DNA of 62,347 nucleotides, filler included, from Sphacelaria rigidula (lineage: Eukaryota): assembly GCA_964200075.2 (NCBI GenBank). It is 7 parts of 7 records of this genome, joined end to end, with 100 filler letters (N's around TTAATTAATTAA, not from the genome) between each part and the next. Parts side by side here need not be neighbours in the genome. Positions count along the whole stretch, not along the records: positions 35,688 to 44,507 come from CAXNAA020010025.1; positions 44,608 to 53,427 come from CAXNAA020010026.1; 5 more parts are not named here. One strand, written 5' to 3'. The translations under genes were made by a program, and so were the position numbers. Shown here piece after piece: positions 36,203 to 47,689 of the stretch. Under the pieces are notes generated by a model. That model worked only from the letters and a program-made list of their open reading frames with translations. It was not told where the DNA came from and did not search any database. The stretch's first letter is position 1. Each line of letters opens with the position of its first letter.

Positions 36203-36563
36203 ACCGGTCGCCCCGGTGGCTCAGTCGGTAACCTCGAAACTCTGGCGGTTGGGTCGTGGGTTCGAATCTCGGAGCGATCTAGGATTTTTTTTCGCACAAT
36301 GCCCTACAGTGGAGAGCGATTATGTCGTGGGTACACAAAATTCAACTCAACGGTCGATGAGGGAAAGGGACTGCTGAACCCCTCTCGCGATAAAAAAACA
36401 AAAGGCAAGCACCGCAGAAGGAAGGTGGGGTACTAAAAAAAAGCAAAAAAGCAAAAACTCCTGTGTTGGCCTTCCTCCTGCGTGACCCCGGTTGGTGCAC
36501 CCACATATACCAAACGGTGTAGACTGGCGTCCAGAATAGATGGGATGACAACACACACATACA
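36203..36563 (+). mobile_element. Full-length tRNA-derived SINE (~360 bp)
   Basis: A box TGGCTCAGTCGG (36217), B box GGTTCGAATCT (36259), conserved body and tail GGGATGACAACACACAC. Confidence 0.9.
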
Positions 36564-36864
36564 GATAGCGGACACTGTCACCGGCGACAAGAAGTAATTT
36601 TCTACGGGAATGCTCATATCTTGGCCACGAGTGGTCTGCGGCTAATATACAGCAAGCACCACCCGAACGGTAACGGCGACGGCGCGCGTTTGCATCGAGT
36701 GTTGGATGTGCTGAGGTAATTTCACCTCTGTTTAAAGTGGAAAACTGTGGGAAGTTATTTCATCCTGGTTGGAAGCTCGATCCTTCGGAGACAAAACCGC
36801 ACCTTTTCTTGTGCCTGTCGAGCTCATCCTGACTGACCCCCGTCCCCTACTGCGCTCCATGCAG

Positions 36865-37581
36865 GCCATGGCACGAGTCTGGCGTCTAGGCCAGGCGAAG
36901 GAAGTGTCCATGTACAGGTTTCTCACCACGGGAACTCTGGAGGAGAGTATTTACCAAAGACAAATATTCAAGGGGGCTCTGTACGATCTCATCCACGACT
37001 CCAACGAACCATCTTCCTCGAATCAATCGTGCGAAGGCGACACCGACCAAGAGGAGAATGGTCGTTACGGAACCGCGGATAAAATGCGCAAGGACTCACG
37101 ATTTACGGCAGGCAGAACTCCTCGAAGGCGGAGGTCGGGCAATGGCGGCGGCGGCCGAAACGCCCGGGGTTTCAGCCACGAAGAACTGAGAGAGCTGTTT
37201 GTTCTCAAGACGGAAACTCTGTGCGACACATACGACAAGCTCAGACGAGGACAACCTGAGCAAGGCGAAGGGGGAAGAGGAGAAGAGGTGCCTTTTAGGA
37301 GCCGCTACCCTGAGGCAACCGGTAGTGATACCGAAAATGAATCGCTGACAACAGCACGCGGAGCTGGGGCGCATGCGGGACGAACCGGGGTCAGAGATGG
37401 AGAAGCGCAAATCATGTGTGCAACTGGGGAGAAGTGGGGAAAATACGAAGGTCCCGGGTGTGTGGTCGATTCAGCCTTACGTTGCGCTTTGATGGATGGT
37501 GCAGAGGAAGGAGGGAATACAGCGGGTGACCTCGTCACCTTTGTCCATGAGGTGAAACGCGGCGCCAACACCACGGGGTGA
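36865..37581 (+). CDS. RAD54-like: Probable last exon of a RAD54/RAD54B-like SNF2-family helicase
   Basis: AMARVWRLGQAKEVSMYRFLTTGTLEESIYQRQIFKG (helicase motif VI and following) and FSHEELRELFVLKTETLCDTYD (Rad54 C-terminal signature). Acceptor TGCAG at 36860-36864 with an upstream CTGAC branch-like motif. Stop at 37579-37581. Confidence 0.85.
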   Translation, partial: AMARVWRLGQAKEVSMYRFLTTGTLEESIYQRQIFKGALYDLIHDSNEPSSSNQSCEGDTDQEENGRYGTADKMRKDSRFTAGRTPRRRRSGNGGGGRNARGFSHEELRELFVLKTETLCDTYDKLRRGQPEQGEGGRGEEVPFRSRYPEATGSDTENESLTTARGAGAHAGRTGVRDGEAQIMCATGEKWGKYEGPGCVVDSALRCALMDGAEEGGNTAGDLVTFVHEVKRGANTTG

Positions 37582-37680
37582 AATGGCATTCGGCGCGGAA
37601 TTGCCCTTGCCAAATCTTATATATGTGGCAAAACCCAGCTTGATTTTTTTTCATACGCTTTGCGAGTGAAAAAGGACTGA

Positions 37681-37925
37681 TGCTACGGTAGGGGTACACT
37701 AATGTTTTCTGAGGTTGAAATTGTTAGGAGCCCTTTATCTCATCCAAAGCACGACTTATGAAAATATGAGAGAGTACGCCAAGATCAATATTCCAATGTG
37801 CTGGGAATATCCCGAATGAATGCGCAAACGGGGGTGCCCTGACCGATATTCTTGTGCATCTAGAACCGTTAGGAGCCCCTGAACCAGACAAAATTTCGCG
37901 AAAAAAGTGCACCCCTACCGTAACA
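37681..37925 (+). mobile_element. 245-bp MITE family, complete copy
   Basis: TGCTACGGTAGGGGTACAC ... GTGCACCCCTACCGTAACA. Confidence 0.88.
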
Positions 37926-39675
37926 TTGGTCAAAGAGACACTTGAAGGTGCCGCGATGGGCACTCTCAAACGGGAAAATATGCCGTTTCGATATTTGGGC
38001 GGACGAACGGACGCACGGAAGTATGTACTAACGGGATGGCTCATGTGCGCCACTGTCACACACGGGGGAAAAAGTTGACGCAATTCGCTTCCATGCCACT
38101 CAAGTATTCGTGAAATGTACCGCTCAGGAAAACCAGAACAGAAAATATGTGCTGCTGCTGTCCAGCTTGGATGGGTGAACAAAGTCGACGTGCGAAGCAA
38201 TAGCGTACTTTTGGCCCGGAACGAACTGGAACCGCGTACCCAAGCAAATTTGGCGAACACCCCCACCACTGCCGCCATCATCGAAAACCACGTCTCCCTT
38301 TGAAAGGACACGGCAACAGCCGCCTGTTGCTTGCAAAAAATTGGAAATTTCCTCCTTCGGAATCGAGTGCAACCGGGTTCCACGGAGTGAGAGGCAGACC
38401 GGCGCACCCAACATACAGGGGGCACCCGCGCTTGATAACTTTCAGTCGAGAAAATGAGGCCTGTACTCGGGCGAAAAAAATAAGGCGTGTAATGGACAGC
38501 TCAAATTGGGCAAGATGAAAAACAGCGGAACAACAAATGAGAAATGATAGCCTCGTGTCCGCTCTGACCAACTCATGGTGGGTACATAGCTGTACACTGT
38601 ACAGCATTCTGCAGCGTGAGCCGGATCTTGGCTGCTGCAGAGCAACAGAGAGTACCGCAGGTGGTACTATGGGGCACTTAACTCGCTGCAAGGGGGCTGC
38701 GTTTCCTGTCGATGCGGCTGCAAAGTCAATGCGAAGCGTGATTTTCGCAGAGCAAGGACGAAAGGAGAAAAAAAAGGAACGAAGGTATCTTGATGGTCCA
38801 GAGGATAAGATACTATTAATAATAGTCGCCGCGCACCCTTCCACATGAGAAATTTAGCCTCGATCCCGTAGCACCTCGCAAAATCACACTACTCTGGCAT
38901 CATAGCCTACTACTACAGTATGAAGGACAAACGCGCGGATAAAATGTGTCATGAAACGACACTATGTATACAACGGAAGAATGGGGAAAGTAGTATAAAG
39001 TACATGCTTGCACCCGAAGGACGACCATCAAACCTGTTGGAAGTAAAATACCCTAAATGCAGACGGGATGCGGCACCATCGTACGGTGCTTATGCGAATA
39101 GCACGTCAACAGCAACCTGGAAAATACTTATCGAAACACCTACTTGGGAAGTAAGCACCAATTGATGCTTTGAAAAAGAGCTCTGCTGCAGATCATTGCT
39201 GTCGGAACGGTATATACGGTCCGCAAAGCTGTTACTTGGGAAAAGTCCCTAACAAGTCCCGGTATTCTACACGCAACAGCACAGAGGGATCCCGGGTTCA
39301 ATATCACCCTTGATTAAACTTATACACACAAAACGCACACTACAACATATTTCACGTCGAAGATACCTAGACAACACTAAGGCAACTGACAAGCCCACGC
39401 CCACCCACACCGGTCCTCCTAGGCCGCTGCCCGCACCCTCCCTCGAGTTCCGTTCAGAAAAAAGTGTCGAACGGTCACCCCCTGCATCGTAACCGCCTAC
39501 GGTGACTGATGGACCAAAGCTCCGTCATCCATACTTCAGATTGTCACCGTCGATGATGGCAAATGACTCCGAGCGATATGTGCACCTACAGTATGATGAA
39601 CGTTGCCCGCAATTGTTTCGCTCCTCCAAAACTCGGTCACACCTAAATGACGGGGAATATCACCCTCCCAGAGCC

Positions 39676-40286
39676 TCAATCCGCAACGCGTCGACGTCGC
39701 GGCAACTTCGTGGAGGAAGAAGCGGCCCCTGTAGTACCCGGTAGATTTCTTGATTCTCCTGATTTAGTTGACGATGTGCCACCAGGTCCTTGTCCATTGG
39801 CCGCCGCTGCTTTTACATCCTCGGCGCTGTCGCGGGCGTCTAGGCAGTGAGCTGCCAAGAAAGTCAGTGACAGCGTTCCGGCAAACGGGGCCACTGCTTT
39901 GAGGGCGCCCAGTCCGAACGAGGCGTAAAGCATAAAGGCCAAAACAGATAAGGAGAAGGCGCATGTGCCAATAACGATGCCTGTGGATAAGTTCTGCACC
40001 ATCGTGCTGTCTGTGCCAGGTCTGAGTAAACTCAAGTGATATTCTTTTGTTCTCATTTCACAAAAAGAACATTCGTTCAGACCCGTAGTCGTGATGTTCC
40101 AAGTTCCTCTCAAAACCAATCTGGCACTCCTGTGGAGTTTCTCTCCTCAGTATTTGCTCCAACCAGACAGAGAGGTATAATTATCAGACAAAGTGAAATA
40201 TTCACTACGTACATGTTCCATAGGGAGTCCGCCGAGAATGTGGTAGTACTACACTGTACGAGATCAGCCGAAAGAAAACGGAGCAT
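39676..40286 (-). CDS. Putative three-exon small membrane protein (~151 aa): exons 40286-40213, 40129-40083, 40010-39676
   Basis: Phase-consistent GT-AG introns (GTACGT..CACAG; GTCTGA..CACAG). Two hydrophobic stretches (GIVIGTCAFSLSVLAFMLYASFG; AVAPFAGTLSLTFLAA) and a basic tail. No family recognised. Confidence 0.45.
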
Positions 40287-40416
40287 GACCAAAACATAAC
40301 AACGTTGTACAAAGTGTTGCTGTCCTGCACAGGCACCAGGCAAGGCAATCCGAATCCATTTTGTGATTCCCCCCCATAATTTTGGGGCATTATTACCAAG
40401 TAAAATCTTTCCAAAA

Positions 40417-40965
40417 ATGAAGGCTAACAGGAGGAGGAGAGCCTTGCCATGGTGCTACTTGATTATTTGCCCAGCGTTGTGTACGGGCTTCGCGCTCACG
40501 GGGCAGATCGTCGGGACCAAACGCCATGAAACATCCGCGCTCAGCATGACAGCGACGTGAGTACTTTCCCGCAGAAAGCACCCAGCTGTTGGTATATATC
40601 TTCAAGTTGGATTTTGTCGAGAAGCAACAACCTTGTTTCTCCAAGCCTTGATCGTAAATCTCTCCGCGATACTTGTCCTTATTCATGCTTTCGACAGTAT
40701 CGCGTCCGCCTCTCCCGAAACAATCGGGAGTGAAGAGTTATTGCCATGGGTGTTGGGACTCCGCAGTAGATCAATCAAGCTGGAAATTTGGCGAACATTC
40801 GCGACAGCACCTCATATGTCACATACTCACTGTACCGTGAGAGGATGCAGACCGCGTGTTGTTGTCTCGTCGTATGTCACGTACAGATAGGGTTATGGCT
40901 TCAGGGTGCATCATGTGTGCAGCACCTATGTGGGTAGTGCAGTAGAAGGCGGACAGGCATTGCTG
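40417..40965 (+). CDS. Putative 5' exons of a plastid-targeted protein: 40417-40556, 40698-40749, 40891-40965; later exons uncertain (possibly ~42343-42638)
   Basis: MKANRRRRALPWCYLIICPALCTG|FALTGQIVGTKRHETSALSM reads as signal peptide, F at +1 and an S/T-rich transit peptide. GTGAGT donors at 40557 and 40966; phases are consistent. Confidence 0.5.
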
Positions 40966-41636
40966 GTGAGTGTGGTTCTGTTGAGCGTTATTCTGCGGAG
41001 CCTTTTCGGTGCAACCTGTGTGACGTACACTGACGTTGCGCCATCGTGCGCTGGATCTATACTTGAAGCTTTGGTTGAACGTTTAACATTGCCTCTTTTA
41101 CGCCGCATATTTCCGGTTGCCAGACACTTGAACCTAACGCCAGTGAGACCGACTCTTGCGGGAGGTGATCTAGATGTGAAATTGTAAGGTTCGCCCGATC
41201 ATCCGAACGTGAGATCACCTTTTCCAATCTTATGTTGGCGAGAATGATCCCCAGCTTGTAGTTATCGTAGCACCCCCTCAAATTCGAACCTGCTAGATCT
41301 TGAGCATCGGCATTAAGGAGGCGTTTGGTAACCTCATATAGACGGTTATAGCCTTGACTCCTGTCCCGACATCGCGGTGTGATTTAGGTGCCCAACTCAG
41401 TATACACCGAGAAGGGGACGCAACTCCCGCAAGCCACGTATAGCCAGCGTTGTCACACAAAATCTTGCCCGCAACGGTATCGCGCTTGTAGAATTACAAT
41501 ACGAACGAGAGCGTAATATGAGTCACGTTCACGGCTGTAGTTGTCAGTAATAGCCGACATTAGTTGCATTGACAATTCCCATAACCCGTTTCTATGCATT
41601 CACTCGTGGTAGACCGGGAATCGAACAGAGCTTTTA

Positions 41637-41660
41637 GTGTGTGTGTGTGTGTGTGTGTGT
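41637..41660. repeat. (GT)n microsatellite
   Basis: Dinucleotide run. Confidence 0.9.
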
Positions 41661-43978
41661 TGAGGAGGGCACCGGAGGAGGGGGGGGGCAGTTCTCGCAA
41701 GATACCCTGTGTTCTACCCGATTGTGTGCCCAATATTAAAAAATGCGACCTATAAACCGCGCAGATCAAGGTGCGGTTCACCCGCGTTCCGGTTCGATTG
41801 GGCCGCCTTTTCTGCGTGGCAGCTTTTTCTCCGCGTGCATTTGCGTTTTGTTGTCGGAACCCAGACAAAATTGTGGGCAAACAAACTTTGTTATCGACCC
41901 TTTTTTGTTCCGTTTTTTCTGTCCCATCAAGGCAAGGGTTGCGTCTTATCGGGACGGACGATATTTACTCGTTCCATCACTTGAGAAACGTGCTCCCCAG
42001 CGGTCGATTAATAGTTGGTACAACTGGCAACAATAAAAGTAGAAAAATCACGGGTTCAATTCTCGACAAGTGCGTTTTTTTCTTTCTGAAAAGTATTTGG
42101 CACCTGTCGTCGAAAACGTGAGAGTGTGAGTAGCACAGAGTAGCAAAAAAGGTTCAGTTTTGACGAGAGTCGACGCTGTGCGCGGGAGTCCTGATCAAAC
42201 CCGCGATGATACTAAAATGCAAGGCATGTACCGCGGGAGAGGTGTTTGATCCCTTGAGATTAAGGACTTGGTCCGAAGAAGGGGAGAAGGGACTTGAAAT
42301 AAAAGTGTGATGAAAAACAAACGACATATTTCTTCCCACAAGAAACCCGGTTGAGCCTTACTGGAAAGAAGATGTTCGTGTTCGGATCCAAGCCAGATCT
42401 GCGCACAGGATTTAATGATGCGGCTGATCTTGCAGTGGTCGTTGGTCCAATATTTCTGCGCTGGCGCACAACAGACGCGGCAAGGAAACACAGTACCAAT
42501 GCACCGAGCCTCGAGAACAACACACGCGAAAGATTCTCGCTCGCGCGCGTCAGCTTCACCGCTACCCCTCGTTCGTCTGCACATATGCTGGTAGTCTTTG
42601 ACGAAGATCTGCTTCCAGTGTCATTGGAGGAAGGGTGACCGAGCAAGTGCCACTTTACTGCTGACTGTGTAGAGTATACGTGTCGGATATATGTCGATCG
42701 TATGGACTACCATCTGCAGAAGCAGGTGGGGAAATTAACATCGGTTACAATAGACAGTAAGATTATGATGTCGGTGCAGTAGAGAGCGTATGAGGTATGA
42801 TGTCAGGTACAGTAGAATTGTAATATTTTTGTTCTGTTGCGAGATTTCCGCTGAAGTCTGACGTAGTGTAGAAGTGATGAAAATGCGTGCTTGTTGACTC
42901 TCATGTATTCGTCGGAACGATTTCATGGCGAATTGGACTTGATGTTCCAAAGGCCTATTTTTGCGTGGAGATCGCATCACATTTTTCTTTGGATGAAATA
43001 TTGAATCTCGGAATGAATGTGAGAGTGCAGGATGTTTCACGATTGTTTCTAGGTCGGGAGCAGAAGTGAACTTCTTCTCCCGATTTTTCCGCCTGGTTTT
43101 GAATCAGCGGACCCTCACCTCTGATGCCTCGAGGATCACCTCGGTACGTGCCTTCAGAGAGTTGATATCCCCGGCCGGGCTAGGTTGGGTTGAGACGGTA
43201 TGTGTTCAGTTGCTTATCTCCCCACCTGGGTCGAGACTGTGTGTTGAGTAGGAGAGTATGTGACTGTTTTTCCTGCCTTTGATTGTTCCAAGTTTTTGCG
43301 TATAGTGAGCGGAGATGGTTTCTTTTTGCATGGGAAACATTTTCCTCTTGGTTTGCTTCTGATAATGAGTACAGAGATATGACAGGTTAGGGGGGGGTAT
43401 TCGAGTAACAGAATATCTTGTGGGAAATCTACGAGTAGGATCTACGAAGTAGTGACTGACCTGACGTGTGGCGATTTGATTGGGTACACGCGAAGGGATG
43501 TTCCACCGCACTTGGCGTGTTGGGACATAAGTTTGACTTGACAAGGTGGGACAGAGCTCGTGGTCCGCACACGAGCTCACTTCGGTCCACCACCGCAATC
43601 AGACTGGCTGCGCTGTAATAACAAACTATTTCACCAACTCTCCTCGGGTGCACGAGCTGACCAACGTACTGGTATTCTCACCGGTACGGTTCAAAGCGAG
43701 AAGACATGGCTTCACGTGGGGACGCCCAACAACGGCAGTCTTCTGACCAAGGATCAGAAAGAGGAACGGAGTTCTTTCCTACCGTGGATCGCATCGCCCA
43801 GATGGAGAACACGATGGTGACGTTTGGTCGCTTGCTGGAATAGATGACGCAGCGACTGAGCAACCTTCAGCACAGCAGCAACGTGAGGGGAGGAGCCGGG
43901 GGCGCCGGGAGCGGGGGCATCATTGATAGCAGCGGCCCGGGGGGGGAGAGAACCACAGCAATATAACAACCGCACATC

Positions 43979-44392
43979 ATGGCGGGACTGCGTGCAGCTG
44001 ACCTCCGTGGTCACGAGGAAGACAGGCAAGGCCCACATGGCTCGAGCTCGGGGGCTATGAGGGGGGCATCAGGGGGCAGGGCCCCCGAACGTGAGTCTTT
44101 CCTGAGGGGTGGATATGGTTTCGGGGTTGATGGTGTAGGAATGCATGGCGGGGTGTATGAGAGTGGGGGTTTCACGGGTGGCTTTAGGCCCGAGGTCCCC
44201 AAGTACACCGGGAAGGAAAACGAATTCGAGCGATTCAGACAATCTTTTATCACGCATGGAAGGCACCTGAGATTGGACTGGATTTTCACGAGGGACAGTG
44301 AACCAATTCACGTGGGTGATCCGAGCGTAGCAATAGACGAGTTGGAGACACAGCATGGACGAGATGTTGTGAGTGCGCATGTCAAGGCCTGA
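43979..44392 (+). mobile_element. N-terminus of an LTR-retrotransposon Gag (probably Ty1/copia-like); LTR/leader likely in ~43240-43970
   Basis: Gly-rich start, then PEVPKYTGKENEFERFRQSF...IHVGDP, a PxF/YxG...F Gag N-terminal pattern. Cut near the scaffold end; superfamily is inferred. Confidence 0.55.
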
Positions 44393-44401
44393 CAGGTGCA
44401 C

Positions 44402-44507
44402 CACCCACGTGAATTGGTTCACTGTCCCTCGTGAAAATCCAGTCCAATCTCAGGTGCCTTCCATGCGTGATAAAAGATTGTCTGAATCGCTCGAATTCGT
44501 TTTCCTT
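44402..44507 (-). repeat. Exact 106-bp inverted copy of 44213-44318 at the scaffold end
   Basis: Direct reverse-complement match. Confidence 0.92.
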
Positions 44508-46330
44508 NNNNNNNNNNNNNNNNNNNNNNNNNNNNNNNNNNNNNNNNNNNNTTAATTAATTAANNNNNNNNNNNNNNNNNNNNNNNNNNNNNNNNNNNNN
44601 NNNNNNNCCCCCCCCCCCCCCCCCCTTCTCTTCGAAAAGCATGCCTGGCCAAATAAGGCCCCCCCCCCCCCCCCCCCCTCCCCCTTCCAAGCTCTCTGTG
44701 TAATGAATGGAAGTAACGTTATGAGCGCTCAAATGATGGAGGTACATCTATCAAGAGTAGGAACGGTGCCTCCGTGTCAAAAGACGAAGGCAAGCAACGA
44801 AGAAGTACGCCCTACTGCCCCCCCCCCCCTTCGAAGCGAGCCTGGTCTGGCGAAAACCCGGCGTGCTCCGTCCCGGCTCTGCAGGTATGTGAGGTCAATG
44901 GTCAATCGAATCCGGCATGCAAGATCATGAGTACACCACTCCACTCCCCCACTTTAGATACAAGATCACTTTCTTCGAACCTGAATCATGTCTGACAAGG
45001 AGGGGCCGCAGTGAAAGAATAGCCAGCCAGTCAGGAACGGGGGAATCGTACAGAAGATGTAGGCCACTCAGTGTGATATGAGTAGCGGTTGTTCTTGGTC
45101 TTTCCGAAGCCAACTTTCAAGCCTGCAGATTTCGGGAGGCAACTGTGCCACTGCACCCTTCTTTCATTCATGTGGCTTTTGCTTCTGTCTTTCGCTGTCT
45201 CTTTCCTTCGTTCTTTCTTGTTCTGTTTTTCTTTTTTACTGCTCCTGACCACGGGCTTGAATGTTGCAATCAGTCATTGTAGATCCTTGGAAACTGTTTT
45301 TGGCATTTTTCAGGGTCGGAGCACTATTTCCAACTCTCCATCCTCAAGTCTGACGTGGCGCTTCAGACTTCAGGATGGAACGAGGAGCCATCGACACAAA
45401 TCCCACCATCACTAGCACAGCTGCTGCACAACCAATATACCCCAAAAAGCAACATGGGACATCCATCACCATTGTTATACATATCACACTGGACCAGTCA
45501 CGAAGTAGCAATATTTGACATCGCACATGGAGGACCTCCCTGCTGCCGTCATGGTATCAGCGTTCGCTTGGTTATGTTGCGTGACGTTTAAATGCTCGGT
45601 GCGCACAAGACGTTGCCTTGGGTGCAGCTCCTCACAATTGCCAGCCTCGCGCATGTTCAGCTGGAAGAAGGCGGGTGCGAACGATACGTAGTCTACCGCG
45701 CAGCAGCGGTGTTGCACCTGGCCGCACTACCGTTCCGGTAGAGGTGTCTGACGTGTTCCACCACCTTGGTGGGTTGTATGGTGCTAAATCGCTGCCATGA
45801 GGCTTGGTCTGCTCTTTGGAAGTAATAAATACTACCGTGCTGTATGTAGGGTACCGCTGTACGGCAATGTACCGTAGTCGTTTGCATTGGACTGTACTGT
45901 CCTGCACTGTCTGTAGTGTACAATAGTGTACGGTACGGCAAGGTACGGTACAAAAATAAGGTATGTCTATACTCGAGACTCGCCACTGTCCAGTGTTGTG
46001 TGCTGACTTTTGCGTTAAAAATCAGTTGGTGGGTCGTACATTTGGTGAGGCAACCTTCGGCCAACCACTGCGAACAATCAAGTGACATGAAGCCACGTCA
46101 CGCCAGCTTCCGTCCTGAAGTTTTCAGCTTCCATCCTGATCTCGAAAAAAAATAATTTTTTTCAAAGTGTCTAATAGACGTCGGCGTATCCCAACCGTAC
46201 GTAGCGGCAGATAGCGCGCAGTACCACTTTGCAGTAAATGAACTCCATGAGGTATTGCACAGTACTTGCCAACATCAAAAACAAATAGGTCAAAACGTTC
46301 ACTTCGTAGACTGGTTCAGTAGAGCCTTCG

Positions 46331-46709
46331 AAGGTTGTGCTCTATTCATTGGAAGGGTACAATTTTCGTATACCCGGGGTATTAACCCGGGTACTACCCG
46401 TACCCGACAGTTCTGTGAGTTCTTGAAGCCTCTTCTACCGGTACGCAACATGTCTCAGTTCCGAAAGCCTCTGAAAGCGGTACCCGACAGTTCTGTGAGA
46501 TATATGAGAAAACTTTACCCTTGTGCGGAGTGCGGGTATACCCTTGTAGAAAAACATATTTGCGGGTAAGGGTTTCAGTGCAACCGACATACCGTACCCG
46601 ATATACTCTGCAAGTTCTGTAATATATCCATACCCATACCCGACAGCTCCGTGAGGGCTGTGAGGAATCGCATACTATACCGAACACACCGGTACCCTAC
46701 AGAACAACC
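46331..46709. mobile_element. Relative of the 15169-15775 MITE
   Basis: AAGGTTGTGCTCT...TATACCCGGGGTATT..CCCGGGTA...TACCCTACAGAACAACC. Confidence 0.7.
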
Positions 46710-47404
46710 AGAGCATAGAAATGACAAATGTGGGCACGAAGCGCGTTGGTGACTGTACACGCGGCACGACGCACCCAGTACACCGTGATGACAGCGTTCT
46801 TCGGCCGTGTCTCGACTCGTGTACCGACTGGGACACAAGAACAGTACAACAAGCAGTTCACACAATCCCCACCGCGGATCAAACCGTCTTCGCGGGGTTC
46901 ACACCAGTAGATCTAGTGAGGAATTGTACGCGAACAATGATTGGCATTCGATTTTACTTGATTTCAGACTGAAGAGACTTCTGAGAAATTTCATGATTTG
47001 AGGCAGGTGTGCAGTGGTGAGCAGTAGACCCAGCTCGTCCAGAACGTGTTTTGGTCCAAAATCGGCTCAAAGGCGTCGATTTCAGCTCTGGCAATGCACG
47101 CTTTGCTCCAGGAACACCTTGCACCCCCCTTGCCCGAGGGTTCTCGGTATGCCGTGGTCGGGGTTAGGGTTAGGGTTCGCGGCATCTCCTTAGTACCAAC
47201 CACTGTTTGCGTACATTTCTTTAGGTCCCCTCGTTCAAACGCACCACAGTAACGTGTCAGCTACGACACAGGAGTGCTGGCTCTGGGTACGAAGCGCCCT
47301 GCCCGCTGCGAAATACACAACATCCAACGGACACGTGGGATTTCCAACTTCGACAAGACAGTACTGCGTGCCGACTTCAGTTGTTCGGAGCACAAGAAAC
47401 AATC

Positions 47405-47689
47405 TTTTCGTGAGATTGAGAACAGGCGATTCGACTGAGAGTGAAAAGCGGTCAATTAGTGAATGAATCGTTTCAATTCCGAAATGCTCCGCCACGAGGC
47501 TCAATATGCTTTCTGTAGTAGCCTGTCACTAATACCCTTGATATCCCCGAGTATGGTATCGACGTGTAGCTGTAAGCACACGCCAGTGATGGGGGCAAGG
47601 AAAAGCACACACGGAATGACATAAAGCCAAGTTAAAGCGAATGGTCAATGCCACTCTCAATCAGCGCTCTACTCTCAATCTCACGAAAA
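47405..47689. repeat. Small inverted-repeat element
   Basis: TTTTCGTGAGATTGAGA / TCTCAATCTCACGAAAA, a 17-bp perfect inverted repeat with weaker extension. Confidence 0.55.

Noticed and set aside
36203..36275. tRNA gene
   Set aside because: A/B boxes are present, but there is no proper acceptor or anticodon stem, and it is fused to a repeated body, so it is a SINE head.
45030..45720. Possible decayed PHD-finger/transposase remnant on the minus strand
   Set aside because: Only scattered Cys-rich fragments across frames with stops; not supportable without a search.
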